This document shows, in pieces, positions 38,113-48,263 of a DNA stretch of 64,000 bases (positions are counted from its first letter, which is position 1; every line of letters begins with the position of its first letter). The notes below the pieces were generated by a model. It saw only the letters and a list, made by a program, of their open reading frames with translations, had not been told where the DNA came from and did not search any database. Made by a program: the position numbers and the translations under genes. The DNA comes from Candidatus Omnitrophota bacterium. Its GTDB lineage: Bacteria > Omnitrophota > Omnitrophia > Omnitrophales > Aquincolibacteriaceae. The stretch lies in NCBI GenBank assembly GCA_035352955.1, contig DAOPYQ010000006.1:90456-154455 (forward strand). Reading direction: 5' to 3'.

Positions 38113-39351
38113 ATGGAAAAAATCCTTTGGGATGTCGCAATCGTAGGAGCGGGGCCGGCCGGGCTCATGGCTGCGATCGCCGCCGCAGGCCCCGGGAAAA
38201 AAATTCTGATCCTTGACGGGAAAGAGAACCTCGGCGCAAAACTTCTTATCTCCGGCGGCGGCCGCTGTAATGTCACCAACCTCAGAGTGACGGAAAAAGA
38301 TTACCGGACCGGAGCTCCGCGGACGGTCCGCAATATCCTTAGCGCTTTTCCCGTCGAACGCACCCTCGGATTCTTTAAAGATCTCGGCGTCGAGATGGTT
38401 CTCGAGGAAGATACCAAATTTTTTCCAAAGACTCAGTCTGCACGGACGGTTCTCGACGCATTGCTCCGGAAGGTTCGGGGACTTGGCGTGACGCTTGAAA
38501 AAGGAAAGAAGGTTTCCCGTGTTTTTTTTGAAGCCGGCAATTTTAATTTGATCGCAGGAGAAACAAAGTATCGTTCCCGGGCCGTGATCCTTTGCACGGG
38601 CGGGCTTTCTTATGCAGGGACCGGAAGCGATGGTTCCGGATACCCGCTCGCAAAAAGTTTCGGGCACAAGGTTGTTCCCGTGACGCCGGCTCTTATGCCT
38701 CTTTTGACCGGAGATCCCGAATGGAAAACGCTTTCGGGGATCACGCTTCCGGTCAGGTTGACGCTTCGCGCGGACGGCCACGAAATCGCGTCGAGCGGGG
38801 GAGCATTTCTTTTTACTCACCAGGGTTTTAGCGGGCCCGCGGTGCTGGATATTAGCGGGTCGTGGCTTCGGTGTCTTTCCCCCCAAAAAGAACTTTTGGC
38901 GGATTTTTTTTCGGGGGTAAGCGAGGGAACCCTCTGTCAGGAACTGGCACGGACTGTCACGGAGCATCCCAAGTGGAGCTGGAAACGGTTTTTTGTAAAG
39001 TATTTTCCGGAAAGATTGATCGAGATTTTTCTGAAAAAACTCAACACGATTCCCGGCGCCCCGATAAGCCAATCTCCGAAAAAAGAACGCGAAGCTGTGA
39101 TCCGCTCTCTGAAGGGTTTTATGCTTCAAATAACGGGGGCGATGGGTTATGACAAGGCCGAGGTGACGGCTGGCGGGGTGGATCTCGCGGAAATCGACGG
39201 AAAAACGCTCGAATCTCAGTTGCAGCGGGGTTTGTTTTTTGCCGGAGAGATCCTTGACGTGGATGGCCGGATCGGCGGCTTTAATTTCCAGTGGGCCTGG
39301 TCGAGTGGGACGGTTGCGGGCCGGTCTGCCGCTGCGAAGCTTTCGGATTAA
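38113..39351 (+). CDS. FAD-dependent oxidoreductase of the HI0933/BaiN-like family
   Basis: 412 aa. N-terminal GxGxxG DVAIVGAGPAG. GGGRCNVTN motif typical of this family. Confidence 0.75.
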   Translation: MEKILWDVAIVGAGPAGLMAAIAAAGPGKKILILDGKENLGAKLLISGGGRCNVTNLRVTEKDYRTGAPRTVRNILSAFPVERTLGFFKDLGVEMVLEEDTKFFPKTQSARTVLDALLRKVRGLGVTLEKGKKVSRVFFEAGNFNLIAGETKYRSRAVILCTGGLSYAGTGSDGSGYPLAKSFGHKVVPVTPALMPLLTGDPEWKTLSGITLPVRLTLRADGHEIASSGGAFLFTHQGFSGPAVLDISGSWLRCLSPQKELLADFFSGVSEGTLCQELARTVTEHPKWSWKRFFVKYFPERLIEIFLKKLNTIPGAPISQSPKKEREAVIRSLKGFMLQITGAMGYDKAEVTAGGVDLAEIDGKTLESQLQRGLFFAGEILDVDGRIGGFNFQWAWSSGTVAGRSAAAKLSD

Positions 39352-39494
39352 GAAGAGCGCCCTCCCGGCCGTTAAAAAGAAAGACGTGATTTCCAGCATC
39401 GGATTGGGAAACAGTGCTGGCCGCACGGGGCCTTTCCCGCTATATTGTCATTGACCGGAGCCGGACCTTAAATTTACAACGCACGGAGCCATAC

Positions 39495-40880
39495 ATGAAA
39501 CGCAGTTTATTTTTAGCGCTTTCTTTTCTTCTGTTTTTTTCCTTTGGCTGGGCCAAGGACGATGATCTTCCGCCGCTTCCGAAGGGGCCGCTTCTTTTAA
39601 CGACGGTTACGCCGGCGATGCTTTCCGCGGATTACTGGATCAAACGAATCCCGGATGCCGAAAAGCCGGTTAAAACGCCGGAACAGCTCAAGCATTTCAA
39701 TGAAGAGATCCTAGATATGGTCCCGGAGCGCAGGGATGTTTTCAAAATGGACCGGACGCGTCCGGGGTCGCAAATCGCAGGACCGCTGCAGCTTGAATAC
39801 GATACGCTTCGGAATCGCAAACTTTTCGACGGTGAGGGGAAGGTCGTTCCGAAAAGTGTTTTTGACGAGCTTAAACCGCTTATGCAGATCGACAAGGTTC
39901 CCGCCAAGGTTAAAATGAAATGGGGAGCGGCGGTTCGTGCCGCGTCGGTGCGGGCGATTCCGACCCCGATGAAGATGATCGAAGGGGCGGATGACGTTGA
40001 ATTTGACCAGCTCCAGTATACGCAGATCAAGCTTTGGACGCCGGTGGGGATCTTTCACGAGACGAGCGATCGAAAGTGGTTTTATGTCCAGGCGCCTTAT
40101 GTGCGGGGATGGGTGCGCGCGAAAGATATTGCGGTCTTTGAAGGTCGGGACGAGCTCAAGACCTACCTGAAGTCCGGACGTTTCCTTGTGGTGACAGGTG
40201 AAAGTGTCCGCGTTTTCAAGGATACCGCTCTCAAAGAGGTGGTCCAGCGGCCGAGTATGGGGACCGTGATTCCGCTTGCGACCTCCGCGACGGGGAAGTC
40301 ATCGTCGGGTGATGTTTATCCCGTTTGGATGCTTTACCGCAAAGAGGACGGAAGTGCCGGGGTTCAGAAATGCTATGTCAGCAAAAAAAGTGATGTGAGC
40401 AAGGGGTTCCTCCCGTACAGCCAGGCTAACGTGATCCGTCAGGCGTTTAAACTGCTGGGTCAGCGCTACGGTTGGGGCGGGATGTGGAACGGTCGTGATT
40501 GTTCGGGGTTTGTGCACGACGTGTTCTTGAGCCTTGGGGTCGATCTGCCGCGCGATTCCAAGCAGCAAGCGATGGTGGGAACGCAGCTTGGATATTTCAA
40601 GGCTTTTGAGGATGAAGCGGAGAAACGGTCGGTGCTGAAGGCTGCCAGGCCGGGTCTCACGCTCATGAAGATGCCGCACCATCAAATGATGTATCTCGGG
40701 ACCGTCAACGGGCAGTTTTACACGATCCATTCGACTTGGGCCGAACGGATCGGCCAGGACCCGAAATTAGATGAGAAGCGGCGGATCAACCAGGTGGTCG
40801 TGTCAGACATGAACCTGAACGGGAATTCCTATGTCGGCGCGCTCTTTGACAGGATCATCTCGATTAACGAGGTCGACTGA
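39495..40880 (+). CDS. secreted SH3-domain + NlpC/P60 (C40) cell-wall peptidase
   Basis: Signal peptide MKRSLFLALSFLLFFSFGWA. C-terminal catalytic motif YGWGG...DCSGFV with downstream His. Confidence 0.75.
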   Translation: MKRSLFLALSFLLFFSFGWAKDDDLPPLPKGPLLLTTVTPAMLSADYWIKRIPDAEKPVKTPEQLKHFNEEILDMVPERRDVFKMDRTRPGSQIAGPLQLEYDTLRNRKLFDGEGKVVPKSVFDELKPLMQIDKVPAKVKMKWGAAVRAASVRAIPTPMKMIEGADDVEFDQLQYTQIKLWTPVGIFHETSDRKWFYVQAPYVRGWVRAKDIAVFEGRDELKTYLKSGRFLVVTGESVRVFKDTALKEVVQRPSMGTVIPLATSATGKSSSGDVYPVWMLYRKEDGSAGVQKCYVSKKSDVSKGFLPYSQANVIRQAFKLLGQRYGWGGMWNGRDCSGFVHDVFLSLGVDLPRDSKQQAMVGTQLGYFKAFEDEAEKRSVLKAARPGLTLMKMPHHQMMYLGTVNGQFYTIHSTWAERIGQDPKLDEKRRINQVVVSDMNLNGNSYVGALFDRIISINEVD

Positions 40881-41425
40881 TGATCAGTATCCGGACGGTC
40901 GCCGCGCTTTTTCTGGTTCTGACGGTTTTTTTTACGGCGCCGGTTTTTGCTGAAAAAGAAACGCCCGCCCCCAAAGATTTCTCTGTCGAGCCTTCCTCGG
41001 AATGGATGGAACTTCCTCTCGATCTGCGCGGTGTTCTGGTCTCGTACGGGAAAAAGGGGACGCTCGCGACGTTTCATATTACGGAGCGGGAGCTTGACGA
41101 GGTTAAAACGGTGCGGGCCCTGAAGTGGTCGGATCTCTTCAGCCCCGAGTTTGCATCGATCGCGATCCATCAGGAAGGTGAGACGACCCTTGGCGGTGAG
41201 CGGGCGAGATATTGTGTTTATTCGCTCAAGCCGGGGACCTTTAAGCTGACAATGGAAGGAACTCTTCCGGCCAAGTATATGAATTATGTTCTCGTTCGCG
41301 GGAAAAAACTTTTTTCTATCACTTTCAAAGATACCGAGGACGGATTTGCCATGAATTTTCCGTCCTTTCTTGCCGTGGCGCGTACGTTGAAATTCTCACC
41401 TGTTCTTCCGGAGAAAAAAGTATGA
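40880..41425 (+). CDS. secreted hypothetical protein (signal peptide), unknown function
   Basis: 181 aa. Start overlaps the peptidase stop (ATGA). Cleavable signal peptide ...APVFA. Confidence 0.5.
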   Translation: MISIRTVAALFLVLTVFFTAPVFAEKETPAPKDFSVEPSSEWMELPLDLRGVLVSYGKKGTLATFHITERELDEVKTVRALKWSDLFSPEFASIAIHQEGETTLGGERARYCVYSLKPGTFKLTMEGTLPAKYMNYVLVRGKKLFSITFKDTEDGFAMNFPSFLAVARTLKFSPVLPEKKV

Positions 41426-41799
41426 GTTTTCCCGAGCTTCTTTCCGAAGTCCTGAAGCTCAAGCGTGATGAAAAACGCACGCAGACCGACGATTATCTGG
41501 AAGTGGTGGTCTCGAAAGCGGTGTTACCGGAATTCGAAAAAGTTCTGGAATCCTATTTTGGTCCCGCGATCAAACCTTTCGGCAAGGGGGCTTCGGGGGA
41601 TGCGAACCGTTATTCCAAACCGTACGGCGGGATCCGTGAAGATCAAGGGATGTATTTTCGTAAAGAAGAGGGAGGCAATGAGCTCGCCCTTCTTTGGCCG
41701 TGGGGCAGCGGAACTCCCATCACGATCAAGATCATCCGGGAAAAAAGCAAGGCGGCCTCCGGCGGGTTCAGTTTAGGGGCTCTTTTCGGCAAGAAATAA
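41422..41799 (+). CDS. small hypothetical cytoplasmic protein
   Basis: 125 aa. ATGA overlap with the upstream gene, no signal peptide, Gly-rich C-terminus. Confidence 0.45.
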   Translation: MSFPELLSEVLKLKRDEKRTQTDDYLEVVVSKAVLPEFEKVLESYFGPAIKPFGKGASGDANRYSKPYGGIREDQGMYFRKEEGGNELALLWPWGSGTPITIKIIREKSKAASGGFSLGALFGKK

Positions 41800-41801
41800 A
41801 A

Positions 41802-41848
41802 AGGGGTCAGGTCTCTTTTAGGGAAATGGGGTCTGACCCTTTTATTTC
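41802..41848 (+). terminator. rho-independent terminator, second copy of the GGGGTCAG...GTCTGACCC+TTTTATTT element
   Basis: Near-identical in sequence and organisation to 24866-24911. Confidence 0.65.
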
Positions 41849-41950
41849 CTCGCTAACTGGACAAAAACAGTCTGGTTTGTTATAATTCAACCCGTATAGG
41901 GGCGTGGCCATGAATCTATGGCGCTTTCCGTCAAGAAGAGGTCTGATGAC

Positions 41951-42415
41951 ATGAGATATACCACCAAGACAGAGTATGGGGTTATTTGCCTTGCGCATAT
42001 GGCTAAAAAGCCGTGGCCTGGCGCCAGCACCGTCAAAGAGATCGCGGAGCATGAGGGTTTTTCCGTGACCTTTACGGAAAAGATCCTCCAGAGTCTCCGC
42101 CGTGCCGGGATCGTGACCTCACAACAAGGGAACAAGGGGGGGTGGATGTTGACCCGTCCTTCGGCGGATATTTCCCTGAAGGAGATCATTGAAGCCTTGG
42201 AGGGGAGTACTTTTGAGGCGTTTTGCGCGCCTAAACGGCGGAAGACCATTGTCTGCACGCATTTTTCGCTCTGCAAACTCAAACCCATCTGGTACAAGAC
42301 CCAAAAAACGCTCGACGAACTCTACCAAACAATTACGCTTGCAACGATCGCCGAAGACGTGATGAACGCGCCGTTAAAACCGGCCATCGTTTTCCCTCCG
42401 CGAGGTGTCCGATGA
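41951..42415 (+). CDS. Rrf2-family regulator (IscR/SufR-like) heading the suf operon
   Basis: Start at [18 protein letters not shown] (wHTH), three-Cys cluster C...C....C. Stop overlaps the sufB start. Upstream TGGACA-17-TATAAT promoter plus a GCCAT-N6-ATGGC palindrome. Confidence 0.8.
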   Translation: MRYTTKTEYGVICLAHMAKKPWPGASTVKEIAEHEGFSVTFTEKILQSLRRAGIVTSQQGNKGGWMLTRPSADISLKEIIEALEGSTFEAFCAPKRRKTIVCTHFSLCKLKPIWYKTQKTLDELYQTITLATIAEDVMNAPLKPAIVFPPRGVR

Positions 42416-43848
42416 CCGACGCCGATCAATTTCTCGACAAGGAATATCCGTATGGATTCAGTACGCCCGTCGAGTCCGATGCCGCACCGCGCGGTCTGAC
42501 CGAGGACACGATCCGCTTTATTTCCCAAAAGAAAAAGGAACCGAAATTCCTTCTCGATTGGCGGCTTGACGCTTACCGGCTTTGGCTCAAAATGAAAGAA
42601 CCGACCTGGGCGAGCGTGAAATATCCTCCGATCGACTACCAGGACATCATTTATTATTCCGCGCCCAAAGGAAAAAAAGGCGGTCCGAAGAGCCTCGAGG
42701 AAGTTGACCAGGAAGTCCTCCGGACTTATGAGAAACTCGGGATCCCGCTTGAGGAGCAGAAACGTCTCGCCGGCGTTGCCGTGGACGCGGTCTTCGACAG
42801 TGTGTCTGTGGCCACGACGTTCAAGGAAAAACTGAAAGAGTATGGCGTGATCTTTTGTTCGTTCTCCGACGCCGTGCAGCGGCATCCTGAGCTGATCCAG
42901 AAGTATCTCGGATCCGTCGTGCCCGTGACCGACAATTATTTCGCGGCGCTGAATTCCGCCGTTTTCAGCGACGGGTCGTTCTGCTATGTTCCCAAAGGCG
43001 TGCGTTGCCCGATGGAACTTTCCACCTATTTCCGGATCAACGCGATGGAAACCGGGCAGTTTGAGCGGACGTTGATCGTGGCCGACGAGGGGAGCTCCGT
43101 GAGCTATCTGGAAGGCTGCACGGCGCCGATCCGCGACAAGAACCAGTTGCACGCCGCGGTGGTCGAACTTGTAGCGCACGAAAAAGCCTCGATCAAATAT
43201 TCCACCGTACAGAACTGGTATCCGGGCGACAAGGACGGCAAGGGCGGGATCTATAATTTTGTGACGAAACGGGGGCTTTGTAAGGGCGCGCGGTCCAAGA
43301 TCTCCTGGACGCAGGTGGAGACCGGTTCCGCGATCACGTGGAAATATCCAAGCTGTATCCTCCAGGGAGACGGGGCGGTTGGCGAATTTTATTCCGTGGC
43401 CGTCGTGAATAATCACCAGCAGGCGGATACCGGGACGAAGATGATCCATCTCGGGAAAGATACCAAGAGCACGATCATCTCCAAAGGCATTTCCGCGCGC
43501 TACGGAATGAACACGTACCGGGGACTTGTGAAGATCGCGCCGAAGGCCTCGGGATCGCGCAATTACACCCAGTGCGATTCGCTCCTCATGGGGAATAAAT
43601 GTGGCGCCAACACGTTTCCGACGATCGAGGTCAGCAACAGGACTTCGAGCGCGGAACACGAGGCCACAACCTCCAGGATCAATGAGGACCAGCTTTTCTA
43701 TTGCCGGCAGCGCGGGATGTCGGCCGATAACGCGATCTCGATGATCGTGCACGGGTTTTGCAAGGAAGTGTTCAAAAATTTGCCCATGGAATTCGCGGTC
43801 GAAGCATCGCGGTTGATGGGCGTGACGTTGGAAGGAAGTGTCGGCTAA
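42412..43848 (+). CDS. sufB: Fe-S cluster assembly protein SufB
   Basis: 478 aa with SufB/SufD fold and C-terminal beta-helix region. Confidence 0.9.
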   Translation: MTDADQFLDKEYPYGFSTPVESDAAPRGLTEDTIRFISQKKKEPKFLLDWRLDAYRLWLKMKEPTWASVKYPPIDYQDIIYYSAPKGKKGGPKSLEEVDQEVLRTYEKLGIPLEEQKRLAGVAVDAVFDSVSVATTFKEKLKEYGVIFCSFSDAVQRHPELIQKYLGSVVPVTDNYFAALNSAVFSDGSFCYVPKGVRCPMELSTYFRINAMETGQFERTLIVADEGSSVSYLEGCTAPIRDKNQLHAAVVELVAHEKASIKYSTVQNWYPGDKDGKGGIYNFVTKRGLCKGARSKISWTQVETGSAITWKYPSCILQGDGAVGEFYSVAVVNNHQQADTGTKMIHLGKDTKSTIISKGISARYGMNTYRGLVKIAPKASGSRNYTQCDSLLMGNKCGANTFPTIEVSNRTSSAEHEATTSRINEDQLFYCRQRGMSADNAISMIVHGFCKEVFKNLPMEFAVEASRLMGVTLEGSVG

Positions 43849-44004
43849 GCTCGCGCAATGTAAAAGTTTTTTGTTGACCGTCCAAACTTTTTCTTTTTTT
43901 AAAAAGGTAGTTTGGACGGCCCCAATCTCCGCTTCGCTTTGATTGATTGGTATGGGGGCCGTTGCGCAAAGTGATATGGAAAAGAAAAATTTAAGGAGTC
44001 ACGT

Positions 44005-44745
44005 ATGCTAGAGATCAAGAACTTACATGTCAGCGTTGAAGGTGTGGAGATCCTGAAAGGGATCGATCTTTCGATCCATGCCGGGGAAGTGCACGCCATC
44101 ATGGGGCCGAACGGCTCCGGGAAAAGTACGCTTACGCGCGTGTTGGCGGGGCATCCGGCGTACGGGGTAACGCAAGGGTCGGTTGTTTATGAGGGCAAGG
44201 ACCTGCTCGCGCTGCCTATCGAGGAACGGGCGCGGCAGGGGGTTTTTCTGGCCTTCCAGTATCCGATCGATATTCCTGGTGTGAACAACGCGTATTTTCT
44301 GAAGGCCGCGGTCAACGAGATCCGCAAGGCCAAGGGCTTCGAGGAGCTGGACGCGATGGAGTTCCTGGAATTCCTAAAAGATAAGATGAAGATCGTGGAA
44401 ATGGACCAAAGTTTTCTCAGCCGGCCGGTCAACGAGGGGTTTTCGGGGGGCGAGAAGAAACGTAATGAAATTTTGCAGATGGCGGTCCTCGCGCCGAAGC
44501 TGGCGATCTTGGACGAAACGGATTCCGGGCTCGACATCGATGCGCTGAGGGTCGTCTCCGAGGGCGTGAACCGGTTGCGGAGCCCGGAACGGTCGATTCT
44601 TCTAGTGACGCATTATCAGCGGATCCTGAATTACATCACGCCGGACCATATCCATGTGTTGATGGGCGGAAAGATCGTCATGTCCGGGGGTAAGGATCTC
44701 GCGTTCAAGCTTGAAGAAAAAGGGTATGAGTGGGTCAAAGGATAA
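44005..44745 (+). CDS. sufC: Fe-S cluster assembly ATPase SufC
   Basis: 246 aa. Walker A GPNGSGKST, ABC signature FSGGEKKR, Walker B LAILDETDSG. Confidence 0.9.
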   Translation: MLEIKNLHVSVEGVEILKGIDLSIHAGEVHAIMGPNGSGKSTLTRVLAGHPAYGVTQGSVVYEGKDLLALPIEERARQGVFLAFQYPIDIPGVNNAYFLKAAVNEIRKAKGFEELDAMEFLEFLKDKMKIVEMDQSFLSRPVNEGFSGGEKKRNEILQMAVLAPKLAILDETDSGLDIDALRVVSEGVNRLRSPERSILLVTHYQRILNYITPDHIHVLMGGKIVMSGGKDLAFKLEEKGYEWVKG

Positions 44746-44845
44746 AACGGCACAACGCGCAAAGCGCAACGTCCGCCTGCCGGCGAGGCAGGCACAACGT
44801 CAATGCTTTTCGTTGCGCGTTGAGCGTTGCGCGTAGGGCTCGATC
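44746..44845. repeat. structured intergenic inverted-repeat element (CAACGCGCAA.../...CGTTGCGCG with central CCTGCC-N5-GGCAGG hairpin)
   Basis: Read directly. Arms ACAACGCGCAAAGCGCAACG and CGTTGCGCGTTGAGCGTTGCGCG are near-reverse-complementary. Related copies at 46070-46153, 47848-47940 and 61301-61352. Confidence 0.6.
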
Positions 44846-46069
44846 ATGAAAGCAACCATGGATCAATATCAGAAAGCATTCAAAAATTTACAGGCCGGAA
44901 GAAAGACAGAACCCGAATGGCTGCGGAACTTGCGCGAAAAGGCTGCGGTTGTGTTTGCGGAGCAGGGGTTTCCGACGGTCCGGGACGAGGTGTGGCGGTA
45001 TACCGACCTGACGCCGCTTAGGGAAATTTCATTCGAGATCTCCGGGGCGCAGTCTGAGGTACAGGTTGAGGGTCTTTCGGCGGGCGTTCAGGTTCTTTCG
45101 ATGACGGAAGCTCTGAAGGCGTTCCCCGAAGTTCTGGAAAAACATTTTGGACAGAATTCCGGGTATGACAAGGATCCTTTCGTAGCCCTTAATACGGCGT
45201 TTTTAAACGGCGGAGTTTTTGTCCGGATCCCCGACGGGGTTGTTTTAAAAGAGCCGGTGCGGATCACCTATGTCGCGGAATCGGGCCCGGAGAGGAGCCT
45301 AGTCAATCCCCGGACGTTTGTGTTGATGGGGAAAGGTAGCCGGGCGGCGCTCGTTGAAATTTACAAAGCCTCGGGTGAAAGTTCCTATTTTACGAATTCC
45401 GTGTCGGAATTTATCCTTGGAGAAGGAGCGGCCCTGGAGCATGCCAAAGTTCAGCAGGAGGGGCTTGGCGCTTTTCATGTGGCGTCGAACCGTGTGGTAC
45501 AGGCCCGCGGCAGCCGGTTTTTATCGCTTTCGGTTTCGGTCGGGTCCCGGCTGATGCGTCATGGATGCCGCGTAGAATTGGCGGGCGAGGAAACGGAGTG
45601 CACGCTCAACGGTCTTTCTCTTACGGAGAAGGATCAGCACCATGACTATCAGACTTTTATCGATCACGCGAAACCGTCCGGGAAAAGCCGGCAACTTTTC
45701 AAGGGGCTTCTTGCCGGGAATTCCAGGGGCGTGTTTACGGGGAAAGTCCTGGTGCGAAAAGATGCCCAGCATACGGACGCCGCGCAGACCAACAAGAACA
45801 TCCTTCTTTCCGATGAGGCTAAGGTGGATGCGAGGCCGCAGTTGGAGATCCTCGCGGACGATGTGAAATGCAGCCACGGCGCGGCGGTCGGGCAGCTGGC
45901 CGAAGACGCGATTTTCTACCTGAAATCCCGGGGGATTGACGAGGCCAAAGCGGGGCGGATGCTTGCCCAAGGGTTTGCGCAAGACGTGATTGATGTTTCC
46001 GTGACGGGTCCGTTGAAAGAAGAGATCTTGCGGATCCTGAACGATAAATTGGAAAAACTATTTGATTAG
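44846..46069 (+). CDS. sufD: Fe-S cluster assembly protein SufD
   Basis: 407 aa, SufBD-family C-terminal domain. Confidence 0.8.
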   Translation: MKATMDQYQKAFKNLQAGRKTEPEWLRNLREKAAVVFAEQGFPTVRDEVWRYTDLTPLREISFEISGAQSEVQVEGLSAGVQVLSMTEALKAFPEVLEKHFGQNSGYDKDPFVALNTAFLNGGVFVRIPDGVVLKEPVRITYVAESGPERSLVNPRTFVLMGKGSRAALVEIYKASGESSYFTNSVSEFILGEGAALEHAKVQQEGLGAFHVASNRVVQARGSRFLSLSVSVGSRLMRHGCRVELAGEETECTLNGLSLTEKDQHHDYQTFIDHAKPSGKSRQLFKGLLAGNSRGVFTGKVLVRKDAQHTDAAQTNKNILLSDEAKVDARPQLEILADDVKCSHGAAVGQLAEDAIFYLKSRGIDEAKAGRMLAQGFAQDVIDVSVTGPLKEEILRILNDKLEKLFD

Positions 46070-46153
46070 CGCGATGAGGAACGGCAACGTGCAGCGCAGG
46101 GTCTTTCGTTGTGCCGTTTGTGTTGCGATTATCACAACATTGTGAGGGTGCGA
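46070..46153. repeat. degenerate copy of the CAACG/CGTTG inverted-repeat element between sufD and sufS
   Basis: CGGCAACGTGC, CGTTGTGCC, TGTGTTGCG and CACAACATTGTG pieces. Confidence 0.4.
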
Positions 46154-47395
46154 ATGGAGCGATCGATGGAGGCTAAGACGTTCAACGCAGAAGAGGTCCG
46201 AAAAGATTTCCCGCTTTTAAACGAGCAGGTGTACGGCAAGCCGCTGACTTATCTCGATAACGCGGCGACGACCCAAAAGCCACAGAGCGTGATCGATACG
46301 ATCACCCAGTTCTATTCTAAGGAGAACGCGAACATCCACCGCGGCATCTTCTGCTTAAGCGAACAGGCCACCAAGCGTTACAAAAGCGCGAGGCATAAGG
46401 TCCAGGAGTTCCTCCATGCGGCATCGGACAAGGAGATCCTTTTTGTTCGCGGAACGACGGAGGCGATCAACCTTGTGGTTCAGTGCTACGGCAGGGCATT
46501 CCTCAAGAAAGACGATGAGGTCCTGATCACGCATATGGAACATCATTCCAACATTGTGCCTTGGCAGATGCTTCGGGATGAAAGGGGTATTAAGCTCAAG
46601 GTAGCGCCGATCAACGACGACGGAGAGCTCCTTCTTGACGAATTTAAAAAACTTTTGACCGACAAGGTCAAGTTTGTTTCCGTGGTTCATGTGTCCAACG
46701 CTCTCGGGACCGTGAATCCCGTCAAAGAGATCGTCCGGCTTGCGCATGAAAAGGGTGCGGTGGTCCTGCTCGACGGCGCCCAGGCAGTGGCCCATACGCC
46801 AGTGGATGTCCAGGACCTTGGCTGTGATTTTTATGCGTTTTCCGGCCATAAACTTCTCGGGCCGACGGGGATCGGGGTGCTTTACGGCAGGAAAGAATTA
46901 CTCGAAAAAATGCCCCCTTACCAGGGCGGCGGCGACATGATCCGGACCGTGACATTCGAAAAGACGACCTACAACGAGCTGCCTTACAAGTTTGAGGCCG
47001 GGACGCCGCATATTGCGGGCGTGATCGGCCTGGGGACCGCGATCGATTATATCCGTTCGGTCGGGATCGAGAGGATCGAGAGTTATGAGCAGGAACTTTT
47101 GAAATATGGAACGGAAAAACTGCTTCAGATCCCGGGTCTCCGGTTGATCGGGACCGCCAGGAAGAAATCCGCGATCCTCTCATTCGTGCTTGGTGAGGCG
47201 CACGCGCACGATATCGGAACGATCCTTGACCGGCAGGGGATCGCGATCCGGGCGGGCCATCATTGTGCCATGCCGGTCATGCAGCGTTTCAATGTTCCGG
47301 CAACGACGCGCGCGTCCTTCGCTTTTTATAATACCCGCCAGGAGATCGATCGCCTGGTCGCTGCGCTCCATGAGGTTACGGAGGTTTTTAAATGA
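46154..47395 (+). CDS. sufS: cysteine desulfurase SufS
   Basis: Start ATG 46154 (GAGGGTG RBS). PLP Lys region SGHKLLGPTGIGVLY. Active-site Cys loop RAGHHCA. Class V aminotransferase fold. Confidence 0.85.
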   Translation: MERSMEAKTFNAEEVRKDFPLLNEQVYGKPLTYLDNAATTQKPQSVIDTITQFYSKENANIHRGIFCLSEQATKRYKSARHKVQEFLHAASDKEILFVRGTTEAINLVVQCYGRAFLKKDDEVLITHMEHHSNIVPWQMLRDERGIKLKVAPINDDGELLLDEFKKLLTDKVKFVSVVHVSNALGTVNPVKEIVRLAHEKGAVVLLDGAQAVAHTPVDVQDLGCDFYAFSGHKLLGPTGIGVLYGRKELLEKMPPYQGGGDMIRTVTFEKTTYNELPYKFEAGTPHIAGVIGLGTAIDYIRSVGIERIESYEQELLKYGTEKLLQIPGLRLIGTARKKSAILSFVLGEAHAHDIGTILDRQGIAIRAGHHCAMPVMQRFNVPATTRASFAFYNTRQEIDRLVAALHEVTEVFK

Positions 47396-47847
47396 GTGAC
47401 GATATCCGCGAGCTTTATCAGCAGATGATCATGGACCATAACAAGAATCCCAGGAATTTTCATGCTTTGCCGGATGCTGACCGAACCGCCGAAGGTTACA
47501 ACCCGCTCTGCGGCGACCATTTTAAGGTGTTTGTTAAAATGGAAGGGGACATGATCCGGGATATCGCGTTTGAAGGCGCCGGATGCGCGATCTCAAAAGC
47601 TTCGGCTTCGATGATGACCGCTGCCCTCAAAGGCAAGACCCGGCAGGAAGCCAAAGTGCTTTTTGATGAAGTCCGGAAAATGCTGTCGCGACAGGCCGGC
47701 GGACCTTTTGACGAAACCAAGGTAGGAAAGCTCGCGACGCTCGCGGGGGTTTGTGAGTTCCCGGCGCGCGTCAAATGTGCTTCGCTCGCCTGGCATACGA
47801 TGACCGAAGCTTTGGATCCGACGGGGAAGCAGGTCACGACGGAATAA
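47392..47847 (+). CDS. sufU: SUF-type Fe-S scaffold SufU (NifU-like)
   Basis: 151 aa. Three conserved Cys in NPLCGD, GAGCAISKAS, CASLAW. Confidence 0.8.
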   Translation: MSDDIRELYQQMIMDHNKNPRNFHALPDADRTAEGYNPLCGDHFKVFVKMEGDMIRDIAFEGAGCAISKASASMMTAALKGKTRQEAKVLFDEVRKMLSRQAGGPFDETKVGKLATLAGVCEFPARVKCASLAWHTMTEALDPTGKQVTTE

Positions 47848-47940
47848 AGAGCATAGTGCCACGCTCAACGCGCAACGGACAACGTAATGTTTTCGCGTTG
47901 TGAATGGGCCGTTGTGCCTGAACAATGGGAATTGTTAGTG
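47848..47940. repeat. copy of the CGCTCAACGCGCAACG element between sufU and sufT
   Basis: GCCACGCTCAACGCGCAACGGACAACG is the reverse complement of the right arm of the 44746-44845 element. Confidence 0.55.
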
Positions 47941-48261
47941 ATGCAGGGAAAAACATTAGAAGAACAGATCTGGGACCAGCTGCGCCTGTGCTACGACTAC
48001 GAGATTCCGGTCAATATCGTAGAGTTGGGTCTGATCTACAACGTGCAGGTCTCCGACCTTCCCGAGGGCAGGCTTGCGCATATTCGTATGACTTTCACAA
48101 GTCCGATGTGCCCGATGGGGGATCTTATCAAAAGCGATATCGAACGGAGGGTTGGGGCCGTGCCGGATATTAAAAAAGTGGAATTGGAATTTGTCTGGGA
48201 CCCGCCCTGGGACCAGAGCCGCATGTCGGAAGCTGCCAGATTGCAATTAGGTCTGATGTAG
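47941..48261 (+). CDS. sufT: DUF59/MIP18-family Fe-S assembly protein (SufT-like)
   Basis: Start at MQGKTLEEQIW. Conserved TSP(M)CP Cys motif (TFTSPMCPMG). Confidence 0.7.
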   Translation: MQGKTLEEQIWDQLRLCYDYEIPVNIVELGLIYNVQVSDLPEGRLAHIRMTFTSPMCPMGDLIKSDIERRVGAVPDIKKVELEFVWDPPWDQSRMSEAARLQLGLM

Positions 48262-48263
48262 GC

